Shown here: in pieces, positions 47,742 to 56,896 of the stretch
Numbering within the stretch: the stretch's first letter is position 1
Layout: each line of letters starts with the position of its first letter
IMG/VR virus record: IMGVR_UViG_3300042363_000940
Length of the DNA stretch: 64,000 nt
Source of the DNA: a virus
Taxonomy: Duplodnaviria > Heunggongvirae > Uroviricota > Caudoviricetes
Strand: one strand, 5' to 3'
The notes under the pieces: model-generated
Databases searched by the model: none
Seen by the model: only the letters and a program-made list of their open reading frames with translations
What the model was told of the DNA's origin: nothing
Program-made: the position numbers and the translations under genes

Positions 47742-48194
47742 GTTATCTAGAAAGTTTTTTTCGTCTTCCGTTAAACTCCCAACACCAAACTGTTCTATTT
47801 TTTCGAGGATAATATCTAAATCCATGGTTTCGAAGTTAATAGGGTCTTTAACGTCTTTATCCAATGGATACTCCACTCTAAGGGATGTGTGATTTTCTTT
47901 TGGTTTAAAGATGAATTCTTTCATCTGTACAGGTAAATTGGCACTGTAGATGTTCTCACGGTCAAAAAGAAAGTAAAACTTCACGGTATCATTAACTAGA
48001 ATACTATGAAGTTCTGCGGATAATTCTTTTCTTTCCATTTCAGAATCAAATATAACAATTATATTCTTATTATTTTCAATCACAAATCTAACAGAATTAA
48101 CTGCTGGACTTGTACCTAAAATTTCCATACAGAAAAATTCAATATCCTCAATATCTTCAAATGTTCCGTATAAAAACAATAAAAATGTTTTCAT
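47730..48194 (-). CDS. Hypothetical protein with DUF6576-like C-terminus
   Basis: LDIILEKIEQFGVGSLTEDEKNFLD. Confidence 0.7.
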   Translation of the reverse strand: MKTFLLFLYGTFEDIEDIEFFCMEILGTSPAVNSVRFVIENNKNIIVIFDSEMERKELSAELHSILVNDTVKFYFLFDRENIYSANLPVQMKEFIFKPKENHTSLRVEYPLDKDVKDPINFETMDLDIILEKIEQFGVGSLTEDEKNFLDNFEN

Positions 48195-48211
48195 ATATAA
48201 TAAAAATGTAT

Positions 48212-48622
48212 TTAAGGTAACAACAATAAAACTCCTAAAACTGCAACCATACCACCACCAAGGATTGTTTTGAATTTACCTTTTACTTTCTCTTTCTTTA
48301 ATTGAAATTCAAGTTTTTTAGTATATCCTTCTAACACAGTATATTTTTGGTTTTGAGCGTCAACTATTGATATGTAATTCTGTTCTTTGATTTGCATAGT
48401 TGAGATGACACTATCTTTAAGTATTACCTTTTCCTCGGTTTTAATTAGTTGTTCGTTAACTAATTTTAACTCAGCCATTGCTGAATCACCTCTTAATAAA
48501 TCTTGTGCGATTTTCTTAAAAGTTGATACTGGTAGACATTTAACTTTAATACTAGTATCTGTCTGAGAAAAAGCTGTCAAGCTCAGGCTCAGTGTAAGTA
48601 TTAACACGATTAATTTTCTCAT
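48212..48622 (-). CDS. Exported coiled-coil protein with C-terminal TM (spanin-like candidate)
   Basis: Signal peptide MRKLIVLILTLSLSLTAFSQ, coiled coil, C-terminal ILGGGMVAVLGVLLLL; 71-bp overlap with 48552-48908. Confidence 0.65.
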   Translation of the reverse strand: MRKLIVLILTLSLSLTAFSQTDTSIKVKCLPVSTFKKIAQDLLRGDSAMAELKLVNEQLIKTEEKVILKDSVISTMQIKEQNYISIVDAQNQKYTVLEGYTKKLEFQLKKEKVKGKFKTILGGGMVAVLGVLLLLP

Positions 48623-48908
48623 GATATTCTTTTTTAACTGTTGTTTTTTTATGTTTTATTTCTTCAATTTGTTTGTCAACCGCGTCAATTTCTTTATTTA
48701 GACCAAGAATGGTACTATCTAATTTTGCGTTCTCTTTATGAAGACCTTGAATTACGACATTTAATGAGTCAATTTGTGACTTTTCTTTGCCGGACATTGA
48801 AACTGAAGGTGTTAATACGAAAATCATCCAATATAACACAAACAGCCCAAACAGTAAACCTAAGATAATTTTGTAGTTTTTACCGATAAAAGATGTTACT
48901 TTATTCAT
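48552..48908 (-). CDS. N-terminal TM + coiled-coil protein (i-spanin-like candidate)
   Basis: IILGLLFGLFVLYWMIFVL followed by a heptad coiled coil. Confidence 0.65.
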   Translation of the reverse strand: MNKVTSFIGKNYKIILGLLFGLFVLYWMIFVLTPSVSMSGKEKSQIDSLNVVIQGLHKENAKLDSTILGLNKEIDAVDKQIEEIKHKKTTVKKEYHEKINRVNTYTEPELDSFFSDRY

Positions 48909-48936
48909 ACCTATATTTTATTATAAATATGAAGAA

Positions 48937-48955
48937 GGGGGAAAATGTCTCCCCC
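48937..48955 (-). terminator. Possible terminator after clpP
   Basis: GGGGGA-N7-TCCCCC hairpin on the minus strand with a weak TTCTTC tail. Confidence 0.45.
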
Positions 48956-48963
48956 ATTTTTAG

Positions 48964-49638
48964 TTACTTCTTCTTACGGATAATTTCATCAATGATTCCG
49001 TACTCAAGAGCGTCATCGGCAGATAACCACAAGTCTCTCGATGCATCATTTTTAACCTGTTCTGCCGGTTTATTACAGTAAGAACCCAATAATTCAAAGA
49101 GAACATTGTTGAGTTTGTCCCACTCAATCATGTCAATTCTCGCATCTTGGATGTTTCCTCTAAAACCACCTGAAGATTGGTGTAACATTGTGCGTGAGAA
49201 ACGAAGTGAACTTCTCTTTCCAACTGTGCCCGCTCCGAGTAGAATGGAACCCATTGATGCCGCCATACCGGTGTTAATTGTACGGATGTCTGAATTGATG
49301 TAATCCATTACGTCAACCATTGACAAACCAGATTTAACTGAACCGCCGGGACTATCAATATGCATTGTTATATCATTATTATCTATACTATCCAAGAACA
49401 TCAACTGTGCTTGGACAATTGTTGACATGTGGTCGTTTACCTCACCGGCAACCCATATGATACGTTCCATCATTAAACGAGAGAACACATCCATTACGGT
49501 GATGTTCATTTGTCTTTCCTCAAGGATATAAGGTGTTAGACTTGATTCAATTTGTTTATTGAAATTGTGTAGACTTAGACTACTGATACCTTTGTCTTTG
49601 GCATATAATCCAAAGTCTTTATAATCGTTTGTGTTCAT
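48964..49638 (-). CDS. clpP: ATP-dependent Clp protease proteolytic subunit
   Basis: LTPYILEER, DVFSRLMMERII, IDSPGGSV, MAASMGS (Ser), MLHQ (His), RDLW (Asp). Likely start MNTND at 49638. Confidence 0.95.
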   Translation of the reverse strand: MNTNDYKDFGLYAKDKGISSLSLHNFNKQIESSLTPYILEERQMNITVMDVFSRLMMERIIWVAGEVNDHMSTIVQAQLMFLDSIDNNDITMHIDSPGGSVKSGLSMVDVMDYINSDIRTINTGMAASMGSILLGAGTVGKRSSLRFSRTMLHQSSGGFRGNIQDARIDMIEWDKLNNVLFELLGSYCNKPAEQVKNDASRDLWLSADDALEYGIIDEIIRKKK

Positions 49639-49675
49639 AATTTGTTTTTTATAAAAATAAGAAAAATTTTTGGTT

Positions 49676-52018
49676 TTAGGAAATTTTGGGGGTAACATAA
49701 TCCACAGAACTTATGTTATCCTCTTTTTTAACCATAATCAAGTTATCGGACCAATTACGTATTAATGTATTGTGTGAGATAACAAATATATGGTCAAAGT
49801 AAGTTTTAATCTTTTTGAAGAACTCACCAACCATCTCCAAGTTCTCATCTGCAATCTTACCGAACACCTCATCCATCACAACGATGTTTGGTTTTGGTAA
49901 TGATGATATCTTAGTTAATACACTTCTAAGTGCTAACGATGAAATGGTACGTTCATAACCTGAACCAGAATTAAGTGGTTTTACAACTCTTGTTTCTGTG
50001 TCAATCATTACGAATTCAACCTCATTCTTTTCATTAATATTCAATTCCAATATGAAGTGACAACTATCAACCAACAAACGATACAACTCCTGATTGATTA
50101 ATGGAATCATGTTTTTAAGAACAACCTTAGAGATTCCATTTTTACCAAACACAGTTAAATACACTTTGAAGATTGCCTGAGTTTCATTCTCTACTTTGAT
50201 TTTTGCGATTAATTCTTCTGAAGTCTTAATCTTATCATTTAGTACGGAGATGTTACTGTTACATCTTTCAATTAGTGAATTGTAGTTACGAATGTTGGCG
50301 TTTGCGGTTTCAATCTGTGTTCTCAAACCAACCAAATCCGTATCAATCTTTTTATTCTCCTCTAACTTTTGTTTGTTACGGTCAAAGTTGTCTAACTTGG
50401 TTTGTAACTTATCAATTTCATTTTGTTTTTGTTCCGACTCGAGTTCATAACGAGCCTTCTTTAACTTATTCTTCTCGTACTCATCAAACTCTTTCTTCAA
50501 GTTAACGAATACCGTTTGAAGTTCATTCTGTTCGTTCAAGTTCTTTGTGAAACCATCTTTTAAATCGTACAGTTTTTTGATGTCCTCTTTAATTTTATTA
50601 ATCTCATCAGTGTGGTCAACGTCCGCAAGTGCTCGTTTACATGTTGGACAAATTGAACCCTCGGTCAATTGTTTAACCAAATTTTCTAAACGGGTAATCT
50701 CACCTGTATTCGCTCTACCTTCAACAATAATGTTGTTGATTATATCATTTTGTTTTTGATGGGCATCCTCATCATAATATTGAGATGGTTCTTTTACATC
50801 GACAGATTTTGCGTTGTTTACCGCAGAAGTTTTTGAAACATTGAACGCATTGATATCCGATTTGATTTGGTCGGGGTTTGTCCTGATTAACTCTTGGTCG
50901 ATGTCGTTGTTTCTTCTCTTTAACGCATCTTCTTTTTTCGTTTCAAGTTCCAATAAGTTAGTTTGTGTTGTTTCTAACTCTCCCTGATATTTTAGAATAT
51001 TGTTTTGATTGGTTTCAATCTCTTCTTTGTATTGGGTGATGTCTGTTTCTAACTGAATTGTATTATAATTGTTGGATGTTAGTTTTTTAGACCACTCAGT
51101 TTGAATACTCTTACAAATCTCCTCCTTTTGTTTAAGGGTTTCCAATCCTAAGAATTTAGTAAGGATTTGTCCACGTGCGGTTGGTTTAGATTCAATTAAC
51201 TCCTCCAAGTTATATCCTGTTGTTAAGATAGTCGATAAGAAGTCCTCTTCTGAACCAATTGCGGACGTAATAAACGCCTCAGTTTCTCTACGTTGTTCAC
51301 CATTTAAGTTCTCAATGGTACCGTCAAGATTTTGTCTGTAGAACTCAAGTTTATTGGTAACGGTATAATCACCACTTCTACCTTTTTTACGATTAGTGAT
51401 TCGTTCAATAACGTAATCGTCACCATCTATCGACACAAACCCTTTTACATATACATCATCGATGTCTGTAAAACGATTAAAGATTTCAATATTGGTTTTG
51501 GTCTTAGTTGTCTTATTGAAGAATAAGAACATTAATAGGTCAACTGTTGCAGTTGATTTACCCCCAAAGTTTTTAGGTGTTGACTCAACAACAGTGATTC
51601 CAGGTAAATCTGTAAAATCAATAATATTATCGTTACCATAAGAAAGAAAGTTTGAAAATTCTACTTTCTTAATGAACCACTTATTATATTTTACTTTACT
51701 ACCGTTAATATGTAATAACTCTTCGTTGACTTTATTATCCAACTTGTCAAGTCTTTCCCAAATAACATCAATTTTGTTTTCCTCAACAAAATCCTTCATT
51801 AAGGTTTTTTGATAATCGTTATCTGAAATGTTTTCAGAAATATCAAGTGACTTTAATTTCGTATCCTCAACATTAGAAACGGTCTTAGTAATAATTTGAA
51901 CATTCTTACTATTGTATTTATTTTGGAAATAGGATTTAACACTTCTGATTTTTTCAGGGGTAAAATTCTCAGGTGTATCCTGCCAAGTTACTTTAATGTA
52001 TGGGTTATTGTATGCCAT
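49676..52018 (-). CDS. SbcC/Rad50/gp46-like SMC ATPase with N-terminal extension
   Basis: Walker A NFGGKST, zinc hook CPTC, signature SGSGYE, Walker B VVMDEVFG, ISHN. Likely start MAYNN at 52018. Confidence 0.9.
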   Translation of the reverse strand: MAYNNPYIKVTWQDTPENFTPEKIRSVKSYFQNKYNSKNVQIITKTVSNVEDTKLKSLDISENISDNDYQKTLMKDFVEENKIDVIWERLDKLDNKVNEELLHINGSKVKYNKWFIKKVEFSNFLSYGNDNIIDFTDLPGITVVESTPKNFGGKSTATVDLLMFLFFNKTTKTKTNIEIFNRFTDIDDVYVKGFVSIDGDDYVIERITNRKKGRSGDYTVTNKLEFYRQNLDGTIENLNGEQRRETEAFITSAIGSEEDFLSTILTTGYNLEELIESKPTARGQILTKFLGLETLKQKEEICKSIQTEWSKKLTSNNYNTIQLETDITQYKEEIETNQNNILKYQGELETTQTNLLELETKKEDALKRRNNDIDQELIRTNPDQIKSDINAFNVSKTSAVNNAKSVDVKEPSQYYDEDAHQKQNDIINNIIVEGRANTGEITRLENLVKQLTEGSICPTCKRALADVDHTDEINKIKEDIKKLYDLKDGFTKNLNEQNELQTVFVNLKKEFDEYEKNKLKKARYELESEQKQNEIDKLQTKLDNFDRNKQKLEENKKIDTDLVGLRTQIETANANIRNYNSLIERCNSNISVLNDKIKTSEELIAKIKVENETQAIFKVYLTVFGKNGISKVVLKNMIPLINQELYRLLVDSCHFILELNINEKNEVEFVMIDTETRVVKPLNSGSGYERTISSLALRSVLTKISSLPKPNIVVMDEVFGKIADENLEMVGEFFKKIKTYFDHIFVISHNTLIRNWSDNLIMVKKEDNISSVDYVTPKIS

Positions 52019-52532
52019 TTTTCTTTTTAATTCGTTGTTTTTTCCATTTACCACCAACCAAGTCGTATGTGTCTACGTGTTCTTGTCTGAATGACATCCA
52101 CTTCTCAACTTCAGTACTATTGTTTGGTTGGAACTCGGTCCACAGTATTTTGTTTCTGTTCTTAATTGTTGTTGGTTTAATTACAATCGCTTGGGTGAAG
52201 TCTTTATTGGTGCGAATAAACAGATTTTTTTTCCTATTCGGAAGTAAAACTTCATTTATTTTATCATACCAATATTTTGTTTTCCTGATTGGGATATTAA
52301 TTGTACCAAAATCTAATTTACTAATCTTCACATATTTCTCATTTAACCAAAAATCACCTTCCCATCCTCCTCCTTCCATCTCAACTCCTTTATTGTAATC
52401 TTCAGGGTTGATTAGGTCTATCGCAATTTTGTTTGGGTGGTTTTCAAATAGTAAACCAAACTGTTCTTTTGTAAATTTAATTCCAAATTCTCTAACAAGA
52501 GTGTCATCAAAATTTCTTCTTATAAATGCCAT
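52005..52532 (-). CDS. Hypothetical protein, possible PD-(D/E)xK nuclease fold
   Basis: NHP...IDL...GVEMEG...W...TINIPIRK pattern; the fold assignment is weak. Confidence 0.55.
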   Translation of the reverse strand: MAFIRRNFDDTLVREFGIKFTKEQFGLLFENHPNKIAIDLINPEDYNKGVEMEGGGWEGDFWLNEKYVKISKLDFGTINIPIRKTKYWYDKINEVLLPNRKKNLFIRTNKDFTQAIVIKPTTIKNRNKILWTEFQPNNSTEVEKWMSFRQEHVDTYDLVGGKWKKQRIKKKNGIQ

Positions 52533-52566
52533 TAATCATAATCTAATGCATCCACTCAATGGTGGT

Positions 52567-52875
52567 TTATTTTATTCTGCTCTCCTCGAAGAACTCAACG
52601 ATTCCGTTAATCGCCCAAACAATACCCGCAGTAAACATACCATCGAAAAAAATTGATGGTATCCAATGGATATCCAATGATGTAGTTAATCCACCAAGGG
52701 TTATTGACATGAAGAAACCGACCCACGTCGATGTACATAACATGCATGAAATTAAATCTCCAAAGAATTTTGAATTTCGTTTAATCCACTCTCTTGATTT
52801 TTCAAAGATGGAACCATAGACAAGTATTGTTGTCATTCCATATGCCATAAAAGACCATAAAAATAATGTTGCCAT
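52567..52875 (-). CDS. Membrane protein, DUF1360-like
   Basis: Three hydrophobic segments and CMLCTSTWVGF. Confidence 0.7.
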   Translation of the reverse strand: MATLFLWSFMAYGMTTILVYGSIFEKSREWIKRNSKFFGDLISCMLCTSTWVGFFMSITLGGLTTSLDIHWIPSIFFDGMFTAGIVWAINGIVEFFEESRIK

Positions 52876-52921
52876 AAGTTTTTTTATTAAAATAATACGA
52901 AAAAAATTTGACTAAACCAAA

Positions 52922-53533
52922 TTATTCGTCATATAATGATGACATATTACTACCACGCATTAATGTACCCTTCTTACCAATATTGTCGAGGGAACTTTTA
53001 AGTGAATTCAATTCGTTTGTTAGTTTAAGATTCTCTTGGGTTAATTTGTCAATTTCTTCTGTGTTGATTACTTCTTTTATAACCTCAACAATTTTTTCAA
53101 CCTTAACTTCCTTAATAACCTCAACAGGTACCTCTACCTTAACTTCTTTGATTATTTCTTTTGTAATGACTTGAGTGTCACCTTTTATTTCGATAGGTAC
53201 TTCTCTAACCACTTCAACGGTTACCTCTTTAATTACTTCCCTAATGACCTCAACTGGTACCTCTTTGATTACTTCCTTAATAACTTCAACAGGAACTTTA
53301 ACTATCTTCTCAACAATCTTCTCTACCTCAACCTCTTTAATAACTTCTTTGATTACCTCCTTTTCAACAACCGTGGGTTCTGATTTAAACCCGTTAGGTG
53401 TCTCACCATACTTCAACAACGAAAACCCCTTATTGAATACTTGTTTGGCAAGTTTCTCAGGGTTTTCAATGTTGTTTAAATCACAATATTGTTGAAAGTC
53501 GTTATCTAACGTTAAGGAGATTTTCTTCTTCAT
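52922..53533 (-). CDS. Low-complexity (E/K/V/I) repeat protein
   Basis: Many KEVIKEV/EVPVEV units over aa ~55-160, followed by a coiled coil. Confidence 0.75.
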   Translation of the reverse strand: MKKKISLTLDNDFQQYCDLNNIENPEKLAKQVFNKGFSLLKYGETPNGFKSEPTVVEKEVIKEVIKEVEVEKIVEKIVKVPVEVIKEVIKEVPVEVIREVIKEVTVEVVREVPIEIKGDTQVITKEIIKEVKVEVPVEVIKEVKVEKIVEVIKEVINTEEIDKLTQENLKLTNELNSLKSSLDNIGKKGTLMRGSNMSSLYDE

Positions 53534-54305
53534 TTTCTATGTCTGCAATATCTGATATTGAGAAGTGCAGGAATGGTTGTTCGTTTTTTAAATCGCGTGT
53601 TGTGTATTCGTTTGTTGGTACATCATAAATACCATATCCGTGGTAGTTTACGGTCTCACCGAAGTTCTGTTGGATTAATGAACCAATCATTATTGCCTTA
53701 CCTCCACCGGGTAAATCAAACATTTGTCTCTTATGAATATCACCACATAGAAGTAAATCTAAATCAACAAAGTTTAATGGTGAGTACGCACTTTCAAATT
53801 CAAATCCTAAGTCGGTTGACAGACCTTGAATTGGTCCGTGAAATAAACCAACGTAGAAACCTTCTTCTTTTGTGTACTCAGGTTTTTGATTGTGTTCATA
53901 TAATGAATAAACAACCCAATTGATGTTGTCATCTTCATATACTCCACTATTTTTATAGTATTTAATATCCTCGTGGTTTAATAACTCAACCACAGGTGTG
54001 ATACTATCTAAACGCTGTACGTTGTTCTCCAAGAAGTCATGGTTACCCGGAATGATAATAACTTTACCAATAATATCGGCAAGTTCTTTAATTAACCAAG
54101 AGGTTAACATCATTTGTTCGTTTGAAATATTAATCTTTTGATGTGCAATGTCTCCAGCAATTACAACTCTAATTTCAGAATAGTCATAATCCAAAACTTG
54201 TTCCTTTAAATCTTCCAATAGTAAATCAAATTGTCTCTTGTACATCTCATGGTATTGATATGTACGAATGTGCAAATCTGCAATATGTATAATCTTTTTT
54301 ATCAT
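53502..54305 (-). CDS. SbcD/Mre11/gp47-like metallophosphoesterase
   Basis: ADLH, AGDIAH, PGNHD, FHG, GDIH, GSLIQQNFGE. Confidence 0.9.
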   Translation of the reverse strand: MIKKIIHIADLHIRTYQYHEMYKRQFDLLLEDLKEQVLDYDYSEIRVVIAGDIAHQKINISNEQMMLTSWLIKELADIIGKVIIIPGNHDFLENNVQRLDSITPVVELLNHEDIKYYKNSGVYEDDNINWVVYSLYEHNQKPEYTKEEGFYVGLFHGPIQGLSTDLGFEFESAYSPLNFVDLDLLLCGDIHKRQMFDLPGGGKAIMIGSLIQQNFGETVNYHGYGIYDVPTNEYTTRDLKNEQPFLHFSISDIADIENEEENLLNVR

Positions 54306-55165
54306 TTCTTTTTCATGTATTGTTTAACATTCATTTGTAATATTGATTGGGTAACTTCAAATGGTACCTTAAACTCTTCAAATGTACCATCGTCTTTTAA
54401 TAAAACAACAACACAACCCAATAATTTTGTTAGGTCAAATTTAGTACCCTGTAACATTTTAATTAACAACTTACCGTATAATGGTAATTGAATAAAATAA
54501 TGTGTTAATGCCGTATCGTAATAATTTTCAAACGGATGTATCATCTTACCTGTGTAAGGTTGGATTTTAAAGTTCTTTGGTTGATTTGTTTTCCAATCCG
54601 TAACAACGATACCAAAACCATCTTGTGTTTTGTTCATCATCAACCACACTTTATCTGGTTGACCTGTGTAACCTAATTCAGGGTCACCAAGTACAAGTTC
54701 CGTGTCTAATAATACCGCATTTCTCTCGGTCATTAAATCTAAGAACTTATTACCAGCACCAATCATCGAATCACTCTTAATAATTTGACTGTTATCACAA
54801 TTAAAGATTGGTTCTCTAACTTGTTTATAGTCTCCATACCTTGTGATGGTTTCGGTTTCTAACAAATAGTGAACACGACTACCCATATTGGTTGAGTAAT
54901 CTCCCGATGCCTTCCATTGCTCCAGTAATTCCCTTTGTTTATTTAAATCACCTTTGGCCATTTGAAGTGATTTTGTTTCAGCGTCAAATGGTACATAAAA
55001 ATTCTTTATTACTTTAGAAACTGAAGGAAAGTTACTTTTAATAACACCATCGGTATCCTTCATATAATAAATGTGGTCCTCTTCAATGAATGTGAGTTCC
55101 ATTTCCTGTCTTCTAATCTCAAGAGCATCTCTCATCTCCTGAGCAATCTGTTTTAAGTCTATCAT
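54302..55165 (-). CDS. PD-(D/E)xK exonuclease (RecB/Cas4-like)
   Basis: PSVSKVI, GSRVH, ELVL, GQPDKV, TDWKT, QLPLY. Confidence 0.85.
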   Translation of the reverse strand: MIDLKQIAQEMRDALEIRRQEMELTFIEEDHIYYMKDTDGVIKSNFPSVSKVIKNFYVPFDAETKSLQMAKGDLNKQRELLEQWKASGDYSTNMGSRVHYLLETETITRYGDYKQVREPIFNCDNSQIIKSDSMIGAGNKFLDLMTERNAVLLDTELVLGDPELGYTGQPDKVWLMMNKTQDGFGIVVTDWKTNQPKNFKIQPYTGKMIHPFENYYDTALTHYFIQLPLYGKLLIKMLQGTKFDLTKLLGCVVVLLKDDGTFEEFKVPFEVTQSILQMNVKQYMKKK

Positions 55166-56109
55166 TCTAATTTAAATTCTTTGTAATCACCTAATTTACC
55201 CTGTAAGTCGGCAATATCTTGTTCTATTGGAAGTTTAATTATCCATACCTTACCCATCAACTTACCACAATTCAATTTGTGGAATAACAATTCAGCATCA
55301 TTCCATGCGTCTCCATCCAACACAATAACCACCTTAGTTGCGTTGTCATAGATTTTATTAAATAAATGTTCCGACATGAACTTACCTAACATTGGTACTG
55401 AGTTGGGTAAGAATATACTATCGAACGCGCCCTCGACAATATAAACGGGGTCTTCCCATTTGATGTTATATTCGTTCCATATAATGATTTCTTTTTGAAC
55501 CTCGGGGTTCTTATATTTCATATAAGGTTTTGTCAGATACGACCTGGCAATAAAATAATTTAATTTGAAATATTCATCATATGATGGAATGATAATTCTA
55601 AATGCATATGGACCTTCATAACAAAACCCAATGTTATATCGGGTAATCATTTGGTCGGTAATGTTTCTTTTTTTAATATAATTCCACGCTTGTCTATATT
55701 GTGGAGTTAGTTTTAATCCCGCACTTGCCTTGTCAAACGAGTTATATTCTTTTGGTAATTGAACTTTATTATAAACTCTCTTATTTCCATCCTCATCTTC
55801 TTCAGGTCTTAATAGTTCATAATTTTTAAGATGTTTTGCGTTACCGTGTTTTTTTATCAACTTATAAAGTGAACCATATGTGTTATGTGTTTCTGCACAA
55901 GACCAACATTTATAAACACCTCGACGATAATTTACTTCCAAATTTCCCTTACCATCACCATCATCTAAACCTTTGATATCATGTGAACAAACAGGACAAT
56001 CAAATGACATTTGACCCTTGTAGTCGTTGTGCATGTGATGTCCCCCTAAGATGTCTTCAAGAATGTCTATAATCGGTTCGTATTCCATAATAAGGGTTGC
56101 CATACCCAT
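55162..56109 (-). CDS. DNA primase (DnaG-like)
   Basis: Zn finger CPVC...CWSC, YNIGFC, IIIP, TOPRIM VEGAFDS and VLDGDA. The exact start among several Met codons is uncertain. Confidence 0.9.
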   Translation of the reverse strand: MGMATLIMEYEPIIDILEDILGGHHMHNDYKGQMSFDCPVCSHDIKGLDDGDGKGNLEVNYRRGVYKCWSCAETHNTYGSLYKLIKKHGNAKHLKNYELLRPEEDEDGNKRVYNKVQLPKEYNSFDKASAGLKLTPQYRQAWNYIKKRNITDQMITRYNIGFCYEGPYAFRIIIPSYDEYFKLNYFIARSYLTKPYMKYKNPEVQKEIIIWNEYNIKWEDPVYIVEGAFDSIFLPNSVPMLGKFMSEHLFNKIYDNATKVVIVLDGDAWNDAELLFHKLNCGKLMGKVWIIKLPIEQDIADLQGKLGDYKEFKLE

Positions 56110-56146
56110 AATATAAATAAAAAAAATGGATTTTCCAAATGAGCAT

Positions 56147-56181
56147 AAAAAAGGGCGGAGGTTACACCAAAACCCCCACCC
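56147..56181 (-). terminator. GC-rich Rho-independent terminator
   Basis: Minus strand GGGTGGGGGTT-TTGGTGT-AACCTCCGCCC-TTTTT: an 11-bp stem with two G-U pairs, downstream of the RuvC-like gene. Confidence 0.8.
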
Positions 56182-56257
56182 GTAACTAACACCTATATTT
56201 CTATAGGTTCAGTACTATTGTAGAATATAAGTAAAAAGATTTATAAAAAAAAATTAA

Positions 56258-56857
56258 TTATAAACTTTTTTGCATATTAACATGACCGATAACGGCAGTT
56301 GCTGCGTCACTCATATCGTAATTCTCTTTTCTGAGTTGTCCCGTTTTACCATATAACCACTCAACCTCAGGACACACCGCATTAACGTGTTCCCATATAA
56401 CGTGTTTTTTATCAATGTCTTTTGGTAAACCACCAAATAAAACTTTCCTACCTTTATCGTTCATACTTACCAAATCAGGAAATGCAAATTTCCTTGCGTT
56501 GTAAGTTGAAATAAATGTTGGGAGTACTCCAAGAACATCATAACACGACTTGAGAATCAATGTGTTATACCTTAAAAGGGTACCAACTGTGTAAATGTTA
56601 TTTGATTGTAATAGTGGCTCTTCAATCACCACCTTGGTAATACCAACATCTCTGTAGTTCTCCAATTGTTTTTTAAACGCATCGGCCTTCAATAAAAGTT
56701 CTTCAATTTTATCTTCGGGTTGAGGTTTAATTTTTGGTGAAAAATGTGTCAGTTCTAATAATTTAGAAGAACCGATATCAAATAGCGCCCATCCGATGGT
56801 CTTAGTTGAAATGTCTAAACCCAAAATTTTGGGTGCATTCTTTAGTTTTATACTCAT
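56258..56857 (-). CDS. RuvC-like Holliday junction resolvase
   Basis: ILGLDISTKTIGWA, VVIEEP, DMSDA. Confidence 0.85.
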   Translation of the reverse strand: MSIKLKNAPKILGLDISTKTIGWALFDIGSSKLLELTHFSPKIKPQPEDKIEELLLKADAFKKQLENYRDVGITKVVIEEPLLQSNNIYTVGTLLRYNTLILKSCYDVLGVLPTFISTYNARKFAFPDLVSMNDKGRKVLFGGLPKDIDKKHVIWEHVNAVCPEVEWLYGKTGQLRKENYDMSDAATAVIGHVNMQKSL

Positions 56858-56896
56858 ATAACAATATATAAGAAATATTATGCAATTAGTAAAGTC

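Noticed and set aside
56110-56257. tRNA or ncRNA in the primase-RuvC gap
   Set aside because: No cloverleaf or T-loop motif. The GC-rich hairpin with a T-run is adequately explained as a terminator.
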